Source of the DNA: Anthoceros angustus
Taxonomy: Eukaryota; Plantae; Anthocerotophyta
Length of the DNA stretch: 64,000 nt
Assembly (NCBI GenBank): GCA_010909165.1
Contig: MU008155.1
Span: 310,001-374,000 of the forward strand
Reading direction: 5' to 3'
Below the pieces are notes generated by a model that was not told where the DNA came from, ran no database searches, and worked only from the letters and a program-made list of their open reading frames with translations. The position numbers and the translations under genes are program-made. This document shows, piece by piece, positions 1 to 14,199 of this stretch (the first letter of the stretch is position 1; each line of letters begins with the position of its first letter).

Positions 1-812
1 ACTCAATGGCGTTAGTGCCCATACTAGCACTAGCGCCTTTTGAGAAATGGGGCATCGACGTTGGACCTATCGATAGCGACCGGGCACACCTGAGCGGTAC
101 ATCTTGGTGGCGGACTCACGGTGGGTTGGGCGGTCGCTACGAGCGGACTCTGCGAGCACGGTGGCCAAATTCCTCTCTGAAAACATCATCACAAGGTATG
201 GGTGTCGTTGCGGTGGTGGCGATAGAACCCATTTCCTCAATGATGTGATAAGCGCAATATGGACTATTTGACATCACACATCACAAAGCGGCCCCTACAA
301 TCAAAGGCCAGCGGGGAAGACCAATGGACTTATCTGCGCATCCTCAATAAGGCGGCGGTTAACTATGCTTGGGATACAAAGCCGCCATCTATGGGCGTTG
401 AGCGGCGGTAACCACATAGCGAACTCCGTATTATCGACCTATGGGCACTCACCATGCGGTCGAGTTTGAGGTGCCAACACTCGGGTCATGATGGAAAGGC
501 GCTTAACGGATGAAGAGAGCTGGGCGGTTGCTAGGGTTTGTCTGACATCTGGAGGGCCGGGAAGAGGCGCAGCGAATGCAAGAGTGCAGAATCAGCATTT
601 GTGGCATGATAGGCGCCTTAGGAATCGGGAGTATGTGAAGGAGGAGATCGGCCCTCCTTTCGACGACATATGCACTTCGGGTAAACTCCACCTCGATGGA
701 TGGGGCCTTACCAAGTCGTGCTGGTATACCCCAATGGGTCCGTTGACGGCGTTGGATGGTGAGCTGCGCCCCTCGGGTGAGCGGATGGCGGGTGAAAAAG
801 TACCACGCTTAG
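1..812 (+). pseudogene. Ty3/gypsy (Athila/Tat-like) integrase, degraded C-terminal part
   Basis: PFEKWGID(F)VGPI core motif at ~36-70. GKLHL..WMGPYQVVLVYPNGS (GPY/F motif) at ~680-745. Ends VSGWRVKKYHA* at ~812. Many frameshifts. Confidence 0.85.
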
Positions 813-829
813 TGTTGGCGGAGGCATGT

Positions 830-844
830 GGTGAGAAGGGAGTA
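830..844 (+). other. Polypurine tract preceding the 3' LTR
   Basis: ggtgagaagggagta lies between the integrase stop and the TG start of the LTR. Confidence 0.7.
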
Positions 845-3800
845 TGTGGACTACGGACTTCCACAGGGGTTAGAAATTAGGTAGGGTTTTGTTTTTGTGG
901 GAGAAGGATAAAATGAGGCGAAAAGGAAATAAGCACGGTTAGCACTCGGACGGCACTCGGAGTATACTCGGACTCGGGAGAGGGGCATACCTAGGCGATG
1001 GCGGGCGGCTAGCAGGAGTCGGACCCACTCCGGAGGCGGGATAAAATGCGAGAAGTAACTTAGAAGTTGGGCGTAAGAGACGGACTGGCGGCGCCACGTG
1101 GGCGACCACAGTGGAGGGCGGGCATCGGAGTCGGGACCGTAACCTTGGGGCCCATCACGCTGCAGCGGCGGCGTATAGCAGCTGTGGCGGCGTAAGGCGA
1201 TGCAGCGGCGGCGTGGGGCGAGTAAGCCATGAGACCTCAGCGATTCTGAGACGGAAGGCGCCCTCCGCCCGGTGATTACTCCGGCGTGGTCGCGGAAGAA
1301 GGTCATTTATTGCACCTCGAGACAATTCTCGCGATCTCTTGCGCTCATGATCCGGCTCTCTGGCGGTATCTCGTGGGACACTCGGCGTCTTGTGCGGCTC
1401 ACCGTTGAGGTCGGAGCGTGGCGAGCAGCGTGCGGCGGTCTCAAAAGCGGCTCGGCAACCAAGGAGGAGAAGGCGTGGCACCCAAAAGCCAGCGGAAGTT
1501 TGGGAGCCATGGAACCTTGTGGGCGCAACATTGTGACCGGCGCTATCCGGACTTTGGGCTCGCTCCGAGGCGGGAGGGTGGTGCGGGAGTGGCATTTGGA
1601 TGTGTTCAAATGGTGCGGACATTTGATATGTCACTCTGGTCGGGAGTTTGCGGAAGATCTTGGCGGTCAATAAGGAGGTGCGGTCAAGAACCTCGGGAGG
1701 ACCAAGCGCGATGGACCTTGGAGGTCTGAGGCGGCCTCGCCCAAGGAGGAAGAGGGTGGTGCGGGCCCCTGGCGAAGGGAAGATAGGTCCGACCACGGCG
1801 ATGCTAAGGCACAGGGCCGGACCTGTGGTTGGTGCTCAGGCACTGTTGGACGGTCGAGTCAGGCGGTGGCGGATCATTGTCCATGGAACCTACTCACCAG
1901 GTGGATCACCTTGGTGATAATCTATTAGTGTTCACCTTGCAGCTGCGGCCGGGAAGAAGGCGGGTGGGAAGGATTATCTTCGCCGGTTTAGCGAGGCTCA
2001 AGCTCGGGGCCAGAAGCCATACATCCCCATGCATCCATGTATGGGGGCATTTGAACTCCTCGGAAGGAGAGCTTGGCGGCGCTCGGAAAGGGGAGCCCCT
2101 CCGGAAGTGGAGGCGGGCAAGGCGGAGGAGGAGGCGGTCGTCGAAAACCAAGCGGACTCGGGAGGAGGCGGGGAGGATTCGGACTCCATCGCTGGGCGGA
2201 CCCCCTCACCACCCAGTATGGGAAGCAATTCCGCCTCCCTCCTTGGTGCCCCAGGCGCCCGATCCAGCAGGCGGCCCAGGCCCAGCGGCCCGCCGGCCAT
2301 CACTCGGTGAGGCCCCGGACGAGGCGAAGAGCCAAGACCACGGCTACCAGCGCGGCACCCGGTCGGTGCAGTACCTCTTCCCTGCAGCGGGTGGCAAGCG
2401 GAAGGATGGGAGGCGAAGGGCCCGAGGAGGCGAGGACAACGGCGGCCGCATCGAGGCAGTCACATGCCCGGCGGAAGGGGCAAAAGGCGTGCTCCGGACT
2501 CCATCACCTCCATGAGCCCAGGGAGAAAAGGCGGAGAAGGGCTCTGACCAAAGGGCCAAGGAGGAAGCTCGGGGCTCGGCCTCGGGACCTAAGGGTCTGA
2601 TTGGGTCCGAGAACCCAGTCCGGACTTACTCGGGCTGTATGGAGGTCCTTGGCGGACCGTGAGATCGGCTCACTCGGACTTTGTGGGAGCCTCGGCGGTG
2701 AGTGGAAAACAGGTCACAGCTACCGTCATGGACGGTATGCTCACAGAATGCATCTTGGGATGGCGAGAAGGCCGGAGGTGGAAGCCACCGGGCGCATGGT
2801 ACTCCTCCGGGAGGCGGTTGGAGAGCCAGGGAGGCGAGAAGGCCAGCTCTCGGCGGATTGAGGAAAGCCGGGAGGCGGGAGGAGGTCTGGTCCATCCGCA
2901 GGGCCGGACCAAATTCCTTGGTGAGCAGTGAGCGGCCAAGGAGGCCCAGCGCGGGCGGAGGACCTCTGCGAGGCAGGCGTGGCGCGGCGAAGGGCCTTGG
3001 GCGCAGCAGCAGGCAGGATCTCAGGCGGCCGTGGACGAGCCAAGTGGAGGCTCGGTGAAGGTGGCCAGGAGGCGGAGGCCAGGCCGATCGCGATCACTAT
3101 CGGCGTGATCGGGCCGGTGGAGGCGGTAGGAGAGCCGGCCAATCGAAGCAAGTGGCGCGGGCAAGCAGTCGGTGTGAGGAGCGGAGGCCGGCACGGGAGA
3201 TTGGGGACCTCGAGTGCAGTGCGGGAGGTAGAAGGGGCGGCGGGAGGCTGGAGGACAAGGACACCTTGGGTTGCAACTCAAGATGCATCGGGCGGCGGGG
3301 GTTCTCTCAGAGAATCCAAGACTTGACGAGAGGTGGAGCGCCTCCAGCTCCGCTTGAAGGCGGAGGAGAATGGCGGCGGTGCAAGGAGTTCGGCGTCGCA
3401 AGGTTGCGGCGGGATGTGAAGCCGAGTCGGGGGGATCGGCCCGCTGGAGAAGGAAGTGGAGGACCTCGGGAAAGAATAGGCGGAGGAAGAACTTGGAGGA
3501 AGGCTACTTGCTCGTCCGGTTGCGAGGAAGCGAAGGGAGCTCGGCTCCATGGCCCATAAGTGGCTGGAACAGCAGGGGGAGGAGGAGGCATCGGCGGAAG
3601 GTTGCAAGAGGTAGCAGGCGTTGGCCTCAAGAGTCCGCCTACGGTGGTAAGCTTGGCCCGCGGAGGCAGGCCGGCGGTGGGCGATGCTCGATTCTTAAGC
3701 ACCTCTGGAGGAGAAGTCTGGGTGCTCGGGCTCATGTGGAGGAGGCGATTGACAAGTCGATTACCGCCTACTACCATGAGCTCCTCAAGGCTCTGGAGGT

Positions 3801-5223
3801 CCTGCGCCACCTAGGCGGGAGGTGGACTTCGGAAGGATGGAAGGAGGAGGCGAGAGAGAGGCGGACCGGGGCCAGCCTGGAGTCCTAGGGGCAGCGGCAA
3901 GGCGTGGCGAGGAGGCGGAGGAGGAGGAGGAGGAAGGGTCGCACAGTGCCTCGGCACCCTCGCATGGAAGGGCGAGGGAGGATCTTGGAGAGGAAGGAAA
4001 GGTGCAAGCGGGCATTCGGGAACCAAGGGAGGCTCGTGGATGAACCCGTGGCTAGCCGGTGAGGCATGCCCGGGGAGCGAGGTCGGACTTTGTCCGGACT
4101 CCCGGATCAGTCCGGCCCCAAGGAAATCTGGACTTAGGGATCAGACTCTGGTAGAGTCAGGACCACGAGGTCCGGACCCGAGGAAGGTTGGGTCGAGGCC
4201 GGACCCAGGCAAGTCCGGTCCCAGGGCCGGACTCAGGAAGGCCGGGAGGCCGGACCCGGAGGAAGGCCGGACCTAGAGGTCCGGACTCGTCGAGGCAGTC
4301 GAGGTCCAAACTCGGGAGTGGGGAGAGCCGATCACCAGCCTGAGATCCAGTTGGAGGCCCCTGCGCGAGGCCCGGAGAGAGAGAAGAGGGAGGAGAGGAC
4401 TTGGTGGTGGCCGTTGTCGGCCGCCCATGGTGTGACTGAGACCCTCGGGAAGAGGAAGGGTCCCGCCTCATCATCGATTAGGTGCTTGCATGACCGGCAG
4501 GCTCGGCTTTGGGCCGGTGCCAAGAAGGAATGAGGCCATCCAGCCCCACCGTGGCGGCGGAATAAGGAGTAGTGGTGGTTAGGGGCACAGGTGGCCCTCG
4601 GCTCGAATAGAGGTGTAATAAAGGCGCCGACCTTGGCGTAGTATAAGAGGGCTAAGGCCACAGATAAATCATCTTTCTCTTGGTGTTGATGCGCGTTCTT
4701 GCGGAGACCTTTGTGTGTCTTCTTGCTAACGTGAGTCTGAGTCACGAGCGGGCACAGCTCGAGATTGATCGGTCTGGTAGCGGACCTAGCGTGTTGTGGT
4801 GTGTGCGGGGAAGGGTGCGGTGACCCGTGCTGCGTCGGGCCGCGACCCGGAGCAATTTGGGCGTGTGGCCGGAGGAACTCGGGAGGCGTCTGAGCCGGAC
4901 GGAGAGGCCAGCGGAGCAGCGGAGGAGGTCGGGCATGTAACCAGCGTCTTTTCTAAGGCGGAGTGTAGCGTGAGGGGGAGAGAAAGGGCGGATGTGTGAG
5001 TGGCGGATGTGAGCGATCTGACGGGCCTTGACAGGTCCTAAGCGTTTAGCCATCTAGACTGTCACGGTGAAACGTTGAGTAGTTAGGAGTATGTGTGCGT
5101 TGAGGTGAGCAGTGAGTGAATCACACGAAGCAGCGCGAGCCTATCATTCCCTTGGGAGCGGACTTCTTCCTACAACGACCTGCAGGTTATGCGCACTGGC
5201 CATCGGTGAAAGTCGGCGCCACA
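845..5223 (+). mobile_element. 3' LTR of gypsy element, ~4.4 kb, TGTGG...CCACA
   Basis: Starts TGTGG right after the PPT and ends CCACA. Both ends and the interior align with the inverted copy at 14200-19471. Confidence 0.8.
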
Positions 5224-5299
5224 ACTCCCCTAGCCCGACTCTGTTGCCTCCGCATCCTGAACCGGTTGTCCACCACCTTCGTGCCATCTTGAAGGCAAT

Positions 5300-8200
5300 G
5301 GCTTCCCTCTCAGTGAAAGGTGCCGGGCCATGAGTCCCTGCCGAATTCAAGGCTGCTATTTTGAAAAGCTTTGTTTGCAAAGGCCCGGGTTGTCATTTAC
5401 TCCTCTTGGCCGGACGGCCGATTGTGCACATGCTACTTGCCCATAATCGTAACAATTTCACCACAACCTTGAGGACTTGGGAGCAAGTTTCATGTCCCAT
5501 TGGTTCTGGTTACTCATGATGTATTATATTGCCCACATGGCGCTCTCAATGCCCATTCGCATTTACCATTAATAATCATCTTCCGACCAAAGATTGCCTT
5601 GTGCATCCGGAGGAGGAGACAATAGACTATAACCTGCAAACCAATCACCATACATGATTTATTCCACTTTCCGCGTGACTCGAGTAGCGTGCGCGGGTGA
5701 CTTGTCATGCGGTCAGCGGTATGGACGGGCACCAAACCATACCCATCCATTCCGCCAAGAAGACAGTCATCGAGTTTTATTTGACGGCATGGGAAGTACA
5801 AGTAGTGATCAAGGATGAAGGACTTTCCCATCCCAATGTTTAATTACGGTAGCATATGTCCCCACATTGTGAGGTATAAACCGTCCACTCACCACGGCTG
5901 CGTGCCCCGAGCGGCAAGAGCCAAGGGACGGCCCTCCATACCGGTCCTTGATGGCGCGGGGAGAGCAACCTCCCATCCATCATCCTCGATGGCCATCATC
6001 ATTGTGATTGCAGCCCTTGTCCTTAATGGCCATCGTCGGTTTCCACCACCGAGCAACAATAATGTGCACACATACGCAATGATCCACAGACCAGTCGAGC
6101 GAAGGTGGCGGTTTTGACTTATCGGATTCCACAAACACTTTAGCCTGCGGGCATGGACTTGTAGGTAGGCGAAGGGCCAAAAAGTGTTCACATCCGGCGC
6201 CTCACAACCCCAGCCATACCGTGTGTGGTCACCAGAACACCATGCCCGCACCATGTGGAAGGAACCACCTCGCCACCGAACGGCAAGTCCCCACGAGGGG
6301 ATAGCCACAGTAGACAGCTCTGCTCCACGCCATGAGGGGCGGTGACACCGCCCCTCCAACCTTTGCAAAGGATCCTTGATGGCCATCAACAGTATTTCTA
6401 GTTGTGCACCTGAAGATGGAGACATGAACACACGCCTCGTGGTGCGAACTACCACTCCACGCCCATTTAGGTTTCCGACGGAAGCTAGCTCCGGCATACG
6501 TCAACATGTCCGTCATACATGGCATAAGGTAGCAAGGGAGAGCGCCCGCAGATAGGCATGTTTCCGCTGAAAGACAAGCTCGCCCGCAGCTGCGAGGATG
6601 ACCAAGAGAAAGGTAGTAGCGTGAAGCGAGGGGCAAGGTGGTGACATTTAAAGCAAACCACCACCTTTTATAGCCACTTGTGCACCAGGCCACATCAGGT
6701 TGCGGATGAGAGGATCTTGAATTTCAACTATTCCTTACATGTGACAAACCAAACATGGCGAGGCTTTGATGGGCTGTCGACAAATAATTGCTGGTAAATG
6801 CAATGAGTGTGAAAGCTGGCGGCGCATAGGAGGCCGAATCAGTTTGTTTTCATGTCTCCTAAGGGCTGGAAATCCTTTTCGGCGGTGCGCCATAGTGACG
6901 TCGAGCCGTCACCCTAGCATGGTGCCAGGCGTGAATACATTATCGTTACGCCATGTGACGCGCATGATTGGTGGAGAGCGAATGGGAGTCTCGAGCGATG
7001 GACATCATTATCTAGGAGCGGAATTGGCATATATATGGCAAATTCACATACGGACGTCCTTCATTCATGGCATAATGAAAGGGGCATTTAGTTTGCTTGA
7101 ATGGCTCTCACGTGCCACCCGTCCTTGCACAATGGTGTAGATGTTGATATAGATTATTACCAAGCGATTGGAGCAAGCGTCTCGGTTCAAACGACCTTGA
7201 CGTGGCATGTTTTCTTCCATGCCATGAGTTTTCAATTATTCTAATGGCTTGCACCCACCTTCCTTGGACCATGGTGGAGGGAGAATTTTATTTGAGAGAA
7301 AGGGAACCATTGTCCTTGGTTCATGGCGGTTGTAAGATGGCCATGACCTTGTCATGGCATGGCACTTCCTTCATCGCCACTCGAAATCGCATTGCAAACA
7401 CTTGTCCTTGGGTCACGAATGGTCATAAAAAGCGGGGACTATATATGGCATGCATGGAGGAATGGCATACGTGGACAAGGAAGGTTTCGTGTTGTGCACA
7501 AAACACGTAGTGAGGAAGGTGGCATGGCAAGGCAAGGAGCCGGGCATGGCATGCCCTTCTTGGATGGAAGCCGAAGGATGGTCCTAGCGCAAGTGAGGTG
7601 GGATGTGAGAATCGTCAGCGAGAGGGTGGATGATCATCGCGAGGGCGGGAGGAGGGAGCGAGAGGCTGGGAGCAAGCTGCTTGGATGGAGCCGCAGGGAG
7701 CTGCGCAAGGAGGGGCCGAGCGGAGGAGGGGATGTCTCTAATAGAGGAGAGAGCTAAACTTTGCTGGAGCTGGGAGGGGGAGCTAAAACGGAGGAGGTGA
7801 GTGGGAGACAGAGGGGAGAGAATCAAAACTTTGGAGGAATGAGTGACATGGAGGAGGAGGAATTTGGGTGAGTCGGAGAAAGAGCTGTGGTGGTGAGCAT
7901 GGTGGTCGCCCAAGAGGCCGAGGTGTGGCTGGAGAGGCCATTGGTCTTGTGGACCTTGGTGGCGATGGATAACCCCAACAACGTGGGAGGAGGATGCAGG
8001 AGGAGGAAAGCTGCTGCCCCGGGAGTGGAGGCGGTCTCTTGGAGGAGGCGGTTGCGGAGGCGGGCCAAGGCGTGCATATGATGGTCGGGAGGCGGTGAGG
8101 AGAAGGACACTGGCGGCAATGATGGGAAAGCGCGCGAGGCGTGGAGATGGCGGATGATGAGGTGGACGACATCACACTACATTGCCACTACGAAATTGGA

Positions 8201-8800
8201 GAATTGATGGAGCGGTTGGCGGTAAGCCACTAGGCAGCGTCATTGCCGTGTTGTGCGGTGCATGGGCGTGGTGGAGTGTACATGGGCGTGAGCCGGTTGC
8301 GATGGAGGTTGGGTGGAGAATGAGGAGTTGAGTTGGTGAGTGGTGATATGTAGACGTGAGCTCTAAGTGATGTGTGTGCATGACGAGGGAAGAAGGGAAG
8401 GAAAGCTGGTGGAAGGTGAAGGCCATGTCGGGAAGGAAGGCAGATACTAGTGGAGAGAAGGAAGATGGAGGAAAGGTGGCAAGCAGGGCCTCAAGTGATC
8501 TTGGAGGCAACGTAGATGGTGGGGAACACGGATGTGGGAGCGCTGGAGAGATGGTGGGGAACACGGATGTGGGAGCGGAGCCTTGAGAGATGGTGGGGAA
8601 CTGGATGGATGAGAGAATGGCGCATGCGATGCAATGGAAAACAACCGTGGCGGTGGGCCGTTTGTGGAGGAATGTGAATGTTGAGCCATTTTCTTGCAGA
8701 CCCAGTCGCCATGCGTGGTGGACGGTGATGGTCAATCGCAACAAGCAGATGGAATTGGTATTCCCACCTTTATAGCCTAGCATTTCTGAGGGTCCTTCGC
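5300..8800 (-). other. Unidentified decayed coding-like sequence, probably transposon-derived
   Basis: Broken ORFs on the minus strand with no recognisable motif. A ~35 bp tandem repeat lies at ~8513-8600. Confidence 0.25.
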
Positions 8801-9838
8801 CGTGAAAGTGGTGATTGAGGGCTGGATAGGTCTAGGAAGTTGTGGAGGAACCACGAAAACAATGGTGTTGGTGAAGAGTCACCAAGTGGCGTGCGTCGCG
8901 TATGGCCATATCACTTGGAAGGCGTACATGTTTGTAGATAAAGCCAATTGCATCGGTGGCAAAGAAAAAATAGAGGGGCGAGGCTGTCCAAAATTCCAAT
9001 TAATTTGTCAATAAAATCAAACACTTATATATGCAAGGTATGAGAGTGACGTGGGTTAGCACATACATATTACTATATAAACAAGTCTTGACGCCTATAT
9101 ATACATATACGTATACAAAGGAGGCATATAAGTACACTAATATAATATAAGTATAACGGATGGATGTGTACATATATATGTACACATACTTACTTATGTC
9201 TTGAAGCCTATATACATATATATGTATACAAAGGATATGCAAAGGAGGTAAAATAGGAAGGAAGGACAGCCCCAGAGAGAGGTCCTTGTTACAATCATGT
9301 TGCAAGAGGAAGAGGAAGAGTATAAAATGGTTGTGATAGGGAGGTCCTTCTCACGGTCATGATGGAGGAGGAGAAGTGAAAGAGTATAAAAGGGTGTGAT
9401 AAGGGGCAATAAATAGGGGTGAGGTGAGAGGAGAGAGACCAAGCATTGTGTTAAGATGGGGTGAGAAGGTGGATAAGAAATTGACACCGAACACCAAGCC
9501 ACCAAAGAGTGTTGCAATTTTGAAGTGGTACATGAAGTGAGAGACCAAGCATTGTGTTAGGATGGTGGGAGAAGGAAGAGAAAAATGGACCAACTTAACA
9601 CCAAGCCATCAAAACATGTTGCAAGTTGGAAGTGTTACATAAAATTGCAACACGTCAAGGCGGTGGGAAATTATTAACAATGCTTGTGAGAGAGGGTGTA
9701 CCGGAAGGGTGAGGTGGGAAGAGAGTGCAGTTCGTGTTAAGATACTGCACGGAGCAGGCTAACAAACTTAATACCAAGCCTCCAAAACATGTTGCAATGT
9801 GGAAGTGTAACAAAAATTGCAACATCTGATCGTAACTA

Positions 9839-11835
9839 TAGGTGCACCTTTCTAGTAGGAAGGTTTGTTCACCTTCAACCAAAAAATACCAGTATGGGTC
9901 ATGACAATGTTGTGGCCTAAGGGTGCAAACCGTGGCAGACTCCATCTCATGCGCAGCACACAAAGTGGTATTGCAGGGAATGCTTGTCGACGTCGACAAG
10001 CGTCCTCTCTGGCATTCCGTGGGGTGCCCATGGCCAGAAACTTGAACATATGTTGCCATTGATGGCGATCCGCATCTAGGCGAAGGCAGGAAGGAAGGAA
10101 GGGGGATGGGGTACGCACAATTCCGTCGTGGATTGTTCGGAGCAAGGCGTCGTGGAGGATGGGGCCGAGCGCCAGCCTCCCTTTTAACCAACCTCTAGGA
10201 GAGTGGAAACCCTTTTCCGCACAGATCCTCATCTTGTGCATGTGATGTAAAGCCCTCCGTGCCCGTATAAATCCTCCATCGTGGGACCCGAGTTCGAGGC
10301 GTCGGCCCGCCGGCGCCCTCATGACCCGATGCTTGACAAAAGCGACACACTGGGGTTCCTGGTCCGGACGTTTGGGAAATAAGCACCATTCTTTTCCAGC
10401 GATAAGCCCCTGTGAAGATTGCACGGAATGTCTTCGAGACCTTGATTATTTAGGCGTACCTTGACAACCCGTTCCCCTTTTGTCATTAGGGTGCCCTTTT
10501 CTAGTAGGGAAGGTTTGTTCACCTTCAACCAGAAACAGCTTGTATGCGGTCATGACAATGTTGTGGCCTAAGGGTCGACAACGGTCATGGCAGACTCCAT
10601 CTCATGCGCAGCGCACAAAGTGGTATTGCAGGGAATGCTTGTCGACGTCGACAAGCGTCCTCTCCTGGCATTCCGCGTGGGGTGCCCATGACGCCCAGAA
10701 ACTTGAACTTATATGTTGCCATTGATGGCAGTCCTGCATCTAGGCGAAGACAGTAGGAAGGAAGGGGGGATGGGCTGCACAATTCCCGTCGTGGATTGTT
10801 CCGACAAGGAGCGATGCGTGAGGAGGACCGCAGGACTGACTACTTCCGGCGCCCTCCCATTTTTAACCAACCTCTAGGAGAGTGGAAACCCTTTTCCGCA
10901 CCAGTCCTCTGTACTGTGCATGACAGTATGAAAGCCCTCCGTGCCCACGTATAAATCCTCCATCGTGGGACCCCGAGAGTTCAGGGCGTCGGCCCACCGG
11001 CGCCCTCATGACCCGATGCTTGACAAAAGCGACACACTGGGGTTCCTGGTCCGGACGTTTGGGAAATAAGCACCATTCTTTTCCAGCGATAAGCCCCTGT
11101 GAAGATTGCACGGAATGTCTTCGAGACCTTGATTATTTAGGCGTACCTTGACAACCCGTTCCCCTTTTGTCATTAGGGTGCCCTTTTCTAGTAGGAAGGT
11201 TTGTTCACCTTCAACCAAAAAGCAGCTTGTATGCGGTCATGACAATGTTGTGGCCTAAGGGTGCGACAGTCATTGACTCCATCTCATGCGCACACAAAGT
11301 GGTATTGGAATGCTTGCCGGCGTCGACAAGCGTCCTCTCTGGCATTCGCGTGGGGTGCCCATGGCCAGCTTGAACTTATATGTTGCCATTGATGGCAGTC
11401 CTGCATCTAGGCGAAGACAGTAGGAAGGAAGGGGGGATGGGCTGCACAATTCCCGTCGTGGATTGTTCCGACAAGGAGCGATGCGTGAGGAGGACCGCAG
11501 GGGCTACTTCCGCGCCCTCCCATTTTTAACCAACCTCTAGGAGAGTGGAAACCCTTTTCCGCACCAGTCCTCTGTACTGTGCATGACAGTATGAAAGCCC
11601 TCCGTGCCCACGTATAAATCCTCCATCGTGGGACCCCGAGAGTTCAGGGCGTCGGCCCACCGGCGCCCTCAACGGCCCGTGCTTGACAAAAACGACACAC
11701 TAGGGGTTCTAGTCAGACGTTTGGGAAATAAGCACCATTCTTTTCCACTGATAACTGTGAAGATTGCCTGGAATGTCTTCAAAAGACCTTGATTATTTAG
11801 ACTGTACCTTGACAACCCCGTTCCCCTTTTGTCAT
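9839..11835. repeat. Three tandem ~660-690 bp copies (fourth at ~13483-14115) of unidentified TE-like sequence
   Basis: ggtgc(c/a)c(c)ttttctagtagg..aggtttgttc recurs at ~9840, 10489, 11176 and 13484. Copies differ by small indels. Confidence 0.85.
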
Positions 11836-11924
11836 TCCGGGTACTTATGGTGAGCAAACATGGGTCGTATTATGCCAAATTCTGATGACCGAACTACGCC
11901 TCTCACCCTTTGTGTGATGCAGGG

Positions 11925-13190
11925 TGTGGCGCAACTTTCGCTGACGGCCAGCCGGGCGCGCACAATCCCGTGTCGTTGTAGGAAGGAGTCCGTTCCCAAG
12001 GGAATGATAGGCTCCGTTGCAGCATTTGATTCTCACTTCACTTTGCGTCGTTCGGACTCAGCGCACACATTCATCGATTCGTGTCTAACTACCATAGCGT
12101 TCACCTTGCGGGCGGTGTGGCCAAGCGTTTAAGGACACGTTGGCGTCGTATCGTTCCCGTTCGTCACCCACCTCTAGTCCGTTCTTCTCTCCACTCACAC
12201 TACACTCATCCTTCGGCCTTAGAAAGGGAAGAGCAGGGGCTACGGTCAGGACCTCCTCCGTCGATTACGCGGGCCTCTCATCAGAGGCTCTACGCCCTCC
12301 CGAGTTCCTCCGACTCACACGTTCGGTCAGTTCGGCCAGCCCCGCTGCAGGCAGAACCACGGGTCCCAGTCCTCCTTCCACACACATACCACCACACGTT
12401 AGGGTCCGTCACGGAACCTTGATCTCTCTCTCCGTGTCGTTGCACCTTTCGATGACCGAACGCCTCTCACCCTTTGTGTGATGCAGGTGTGGCGCAACTT
12501 TCGTGACGGCCACGCGCACAATCCGTCATCGTTGTAGGAAGAGTCCGCTCCAAGGAATGATAGGCTCCGTTTGCCCTGCGTTCGGGGCGATTCTCACTTC
12601 ACTTTGCGTCGTTCGGACTCAGCGCACACATTCATCGATTCGTGTCTAACTACTCGCGTTCACCGCAGGCCGGTGTGGCCAAGCGTTTAAGGACACATTG
12701 GCGTCACGTATCGTTCCGTTCGTCTTGCACCTCTAGTCCGTTCTTCTCTCCACTCACTACACTCATCCTTGGGAAAAGCAGGGGCTACGGTCAGGACCTC
12801 CTCCGCGTTCTGTAGGGCCTCTCCGTGGCTCTACATGCCCTCCCGGAGTTCCTCCGACTCACACGTTCCGGTCAGATTCGGCGGGCGGCCGCCCGACGAA
12901 CACGGGTCCCGTCTTCCCGCACATACCACCACACGTTAGGGTCCGTCACGGAACCTTGATCCCCTCTCCGCACCTCGGTGACTCGGGACTCACGTTATGA
13001 GCACAAAGTGCGCAGAAAGCGCATCAACACCAAGAGAAAGATACTTTACTTAGCCCTCGGCCCTCTTATACTACATACGAAGGTCGAGCCTATTACCCTA
13101 ATGCAGGCGGTGGCCCGACTCCGAGTCACCTTCCCTAATCCTACCATCCTATTTCTCCCTCCTATCTCCGTGTGGGAAGGTCAGGTTCCT
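11925..13190 (-). repeat. Two partial extra copies of the solo-LTR 3' end with flank
   Basis: tgtggcgcaactttcg at 11925 and 12488 repeats the LTR edge at 14200. Confidence 0.8.
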
Positions 13191-14199
13191 CGGGATGGTG
13201 GGAGAAGGAAGAGAAAAATGGACCAACTTAACACCAAGCCATCAAAACATGTTGCAAGTTGGAAGTGTTACATAAAATTGCAACACAGGCAAGGCGGTGG
13301 GAAATTATTAACAATGCTTGTGAGAGAGGGTGTACCGGAAGGGTGAGGTGGGAAGAGAGTGCAGTTCGTGTTAAGATGGCTGCACCAAGCAGAGACGAAC
13401 TAACAAACTTAATACCAAGCCTCCAAAACATGTTGCAATGTGGAAGTGTAACAAAAATTGCAACATCATTGTCATGTAATATAGGGTGCCCTTTTCTAGT
13501 AGGAAGGTTTGTTCACCTTCAACCAAAAAAAGCAGCTTGTATGCGGTCATGACAATGTTGTGGAGTCGACAACGTGTGGGGCGAACTCCATCTCATCGCA
13601 CACAAAGTGGTATTGTGCTGCTTGCCGGCGTCACAAGCGTCCTCTCTGGCATTCCGCGTGGGGTGCCCATGGCTTGAACTTATATGTTGCCATTGATGGC
13701 GGCATCTATAGCGAAGGCAGGAAGGAAGGAAGGGGATGGGCTGCACAATTCCGTCGTGGATTGTTCCGACAAGGAGCGATGCGTGAGGAGGACCGCAGGG
13801 GCTACTTCCGGCGCCCTCCATTTTAACCAACCTCTAGGAGAGTGGAAACCCTTTTCCGCAGTCCTACATGTGCATGTGGCGGTGAAAGCCCTCCGTGCCC
13901 ACGTATAAATCCTCCATTGTGGGACCCGAGTTCGAGGCGTCGGCCACCGCGCCCTCAGCAGCTTCGTCTTGACAAAAACGACACACTAGGGGTTCTAGTC
14001 AGACGTTTGGGAAATAAGCACCATTCTTTTCCAGCGATAAGCATGAAGATTGCGGAATGTCTTCGAGACCTTGATTATTTAGGCGTACCTTGACAACCCG
14101 TTCCCCTTTTGTCATTCCGGTACTTATGGTGAGCAAACATGGGTCGTATTATGCCAAATTCGATGACCGAACTCGCCTCTCACCCTTTGTGTGATGCGG

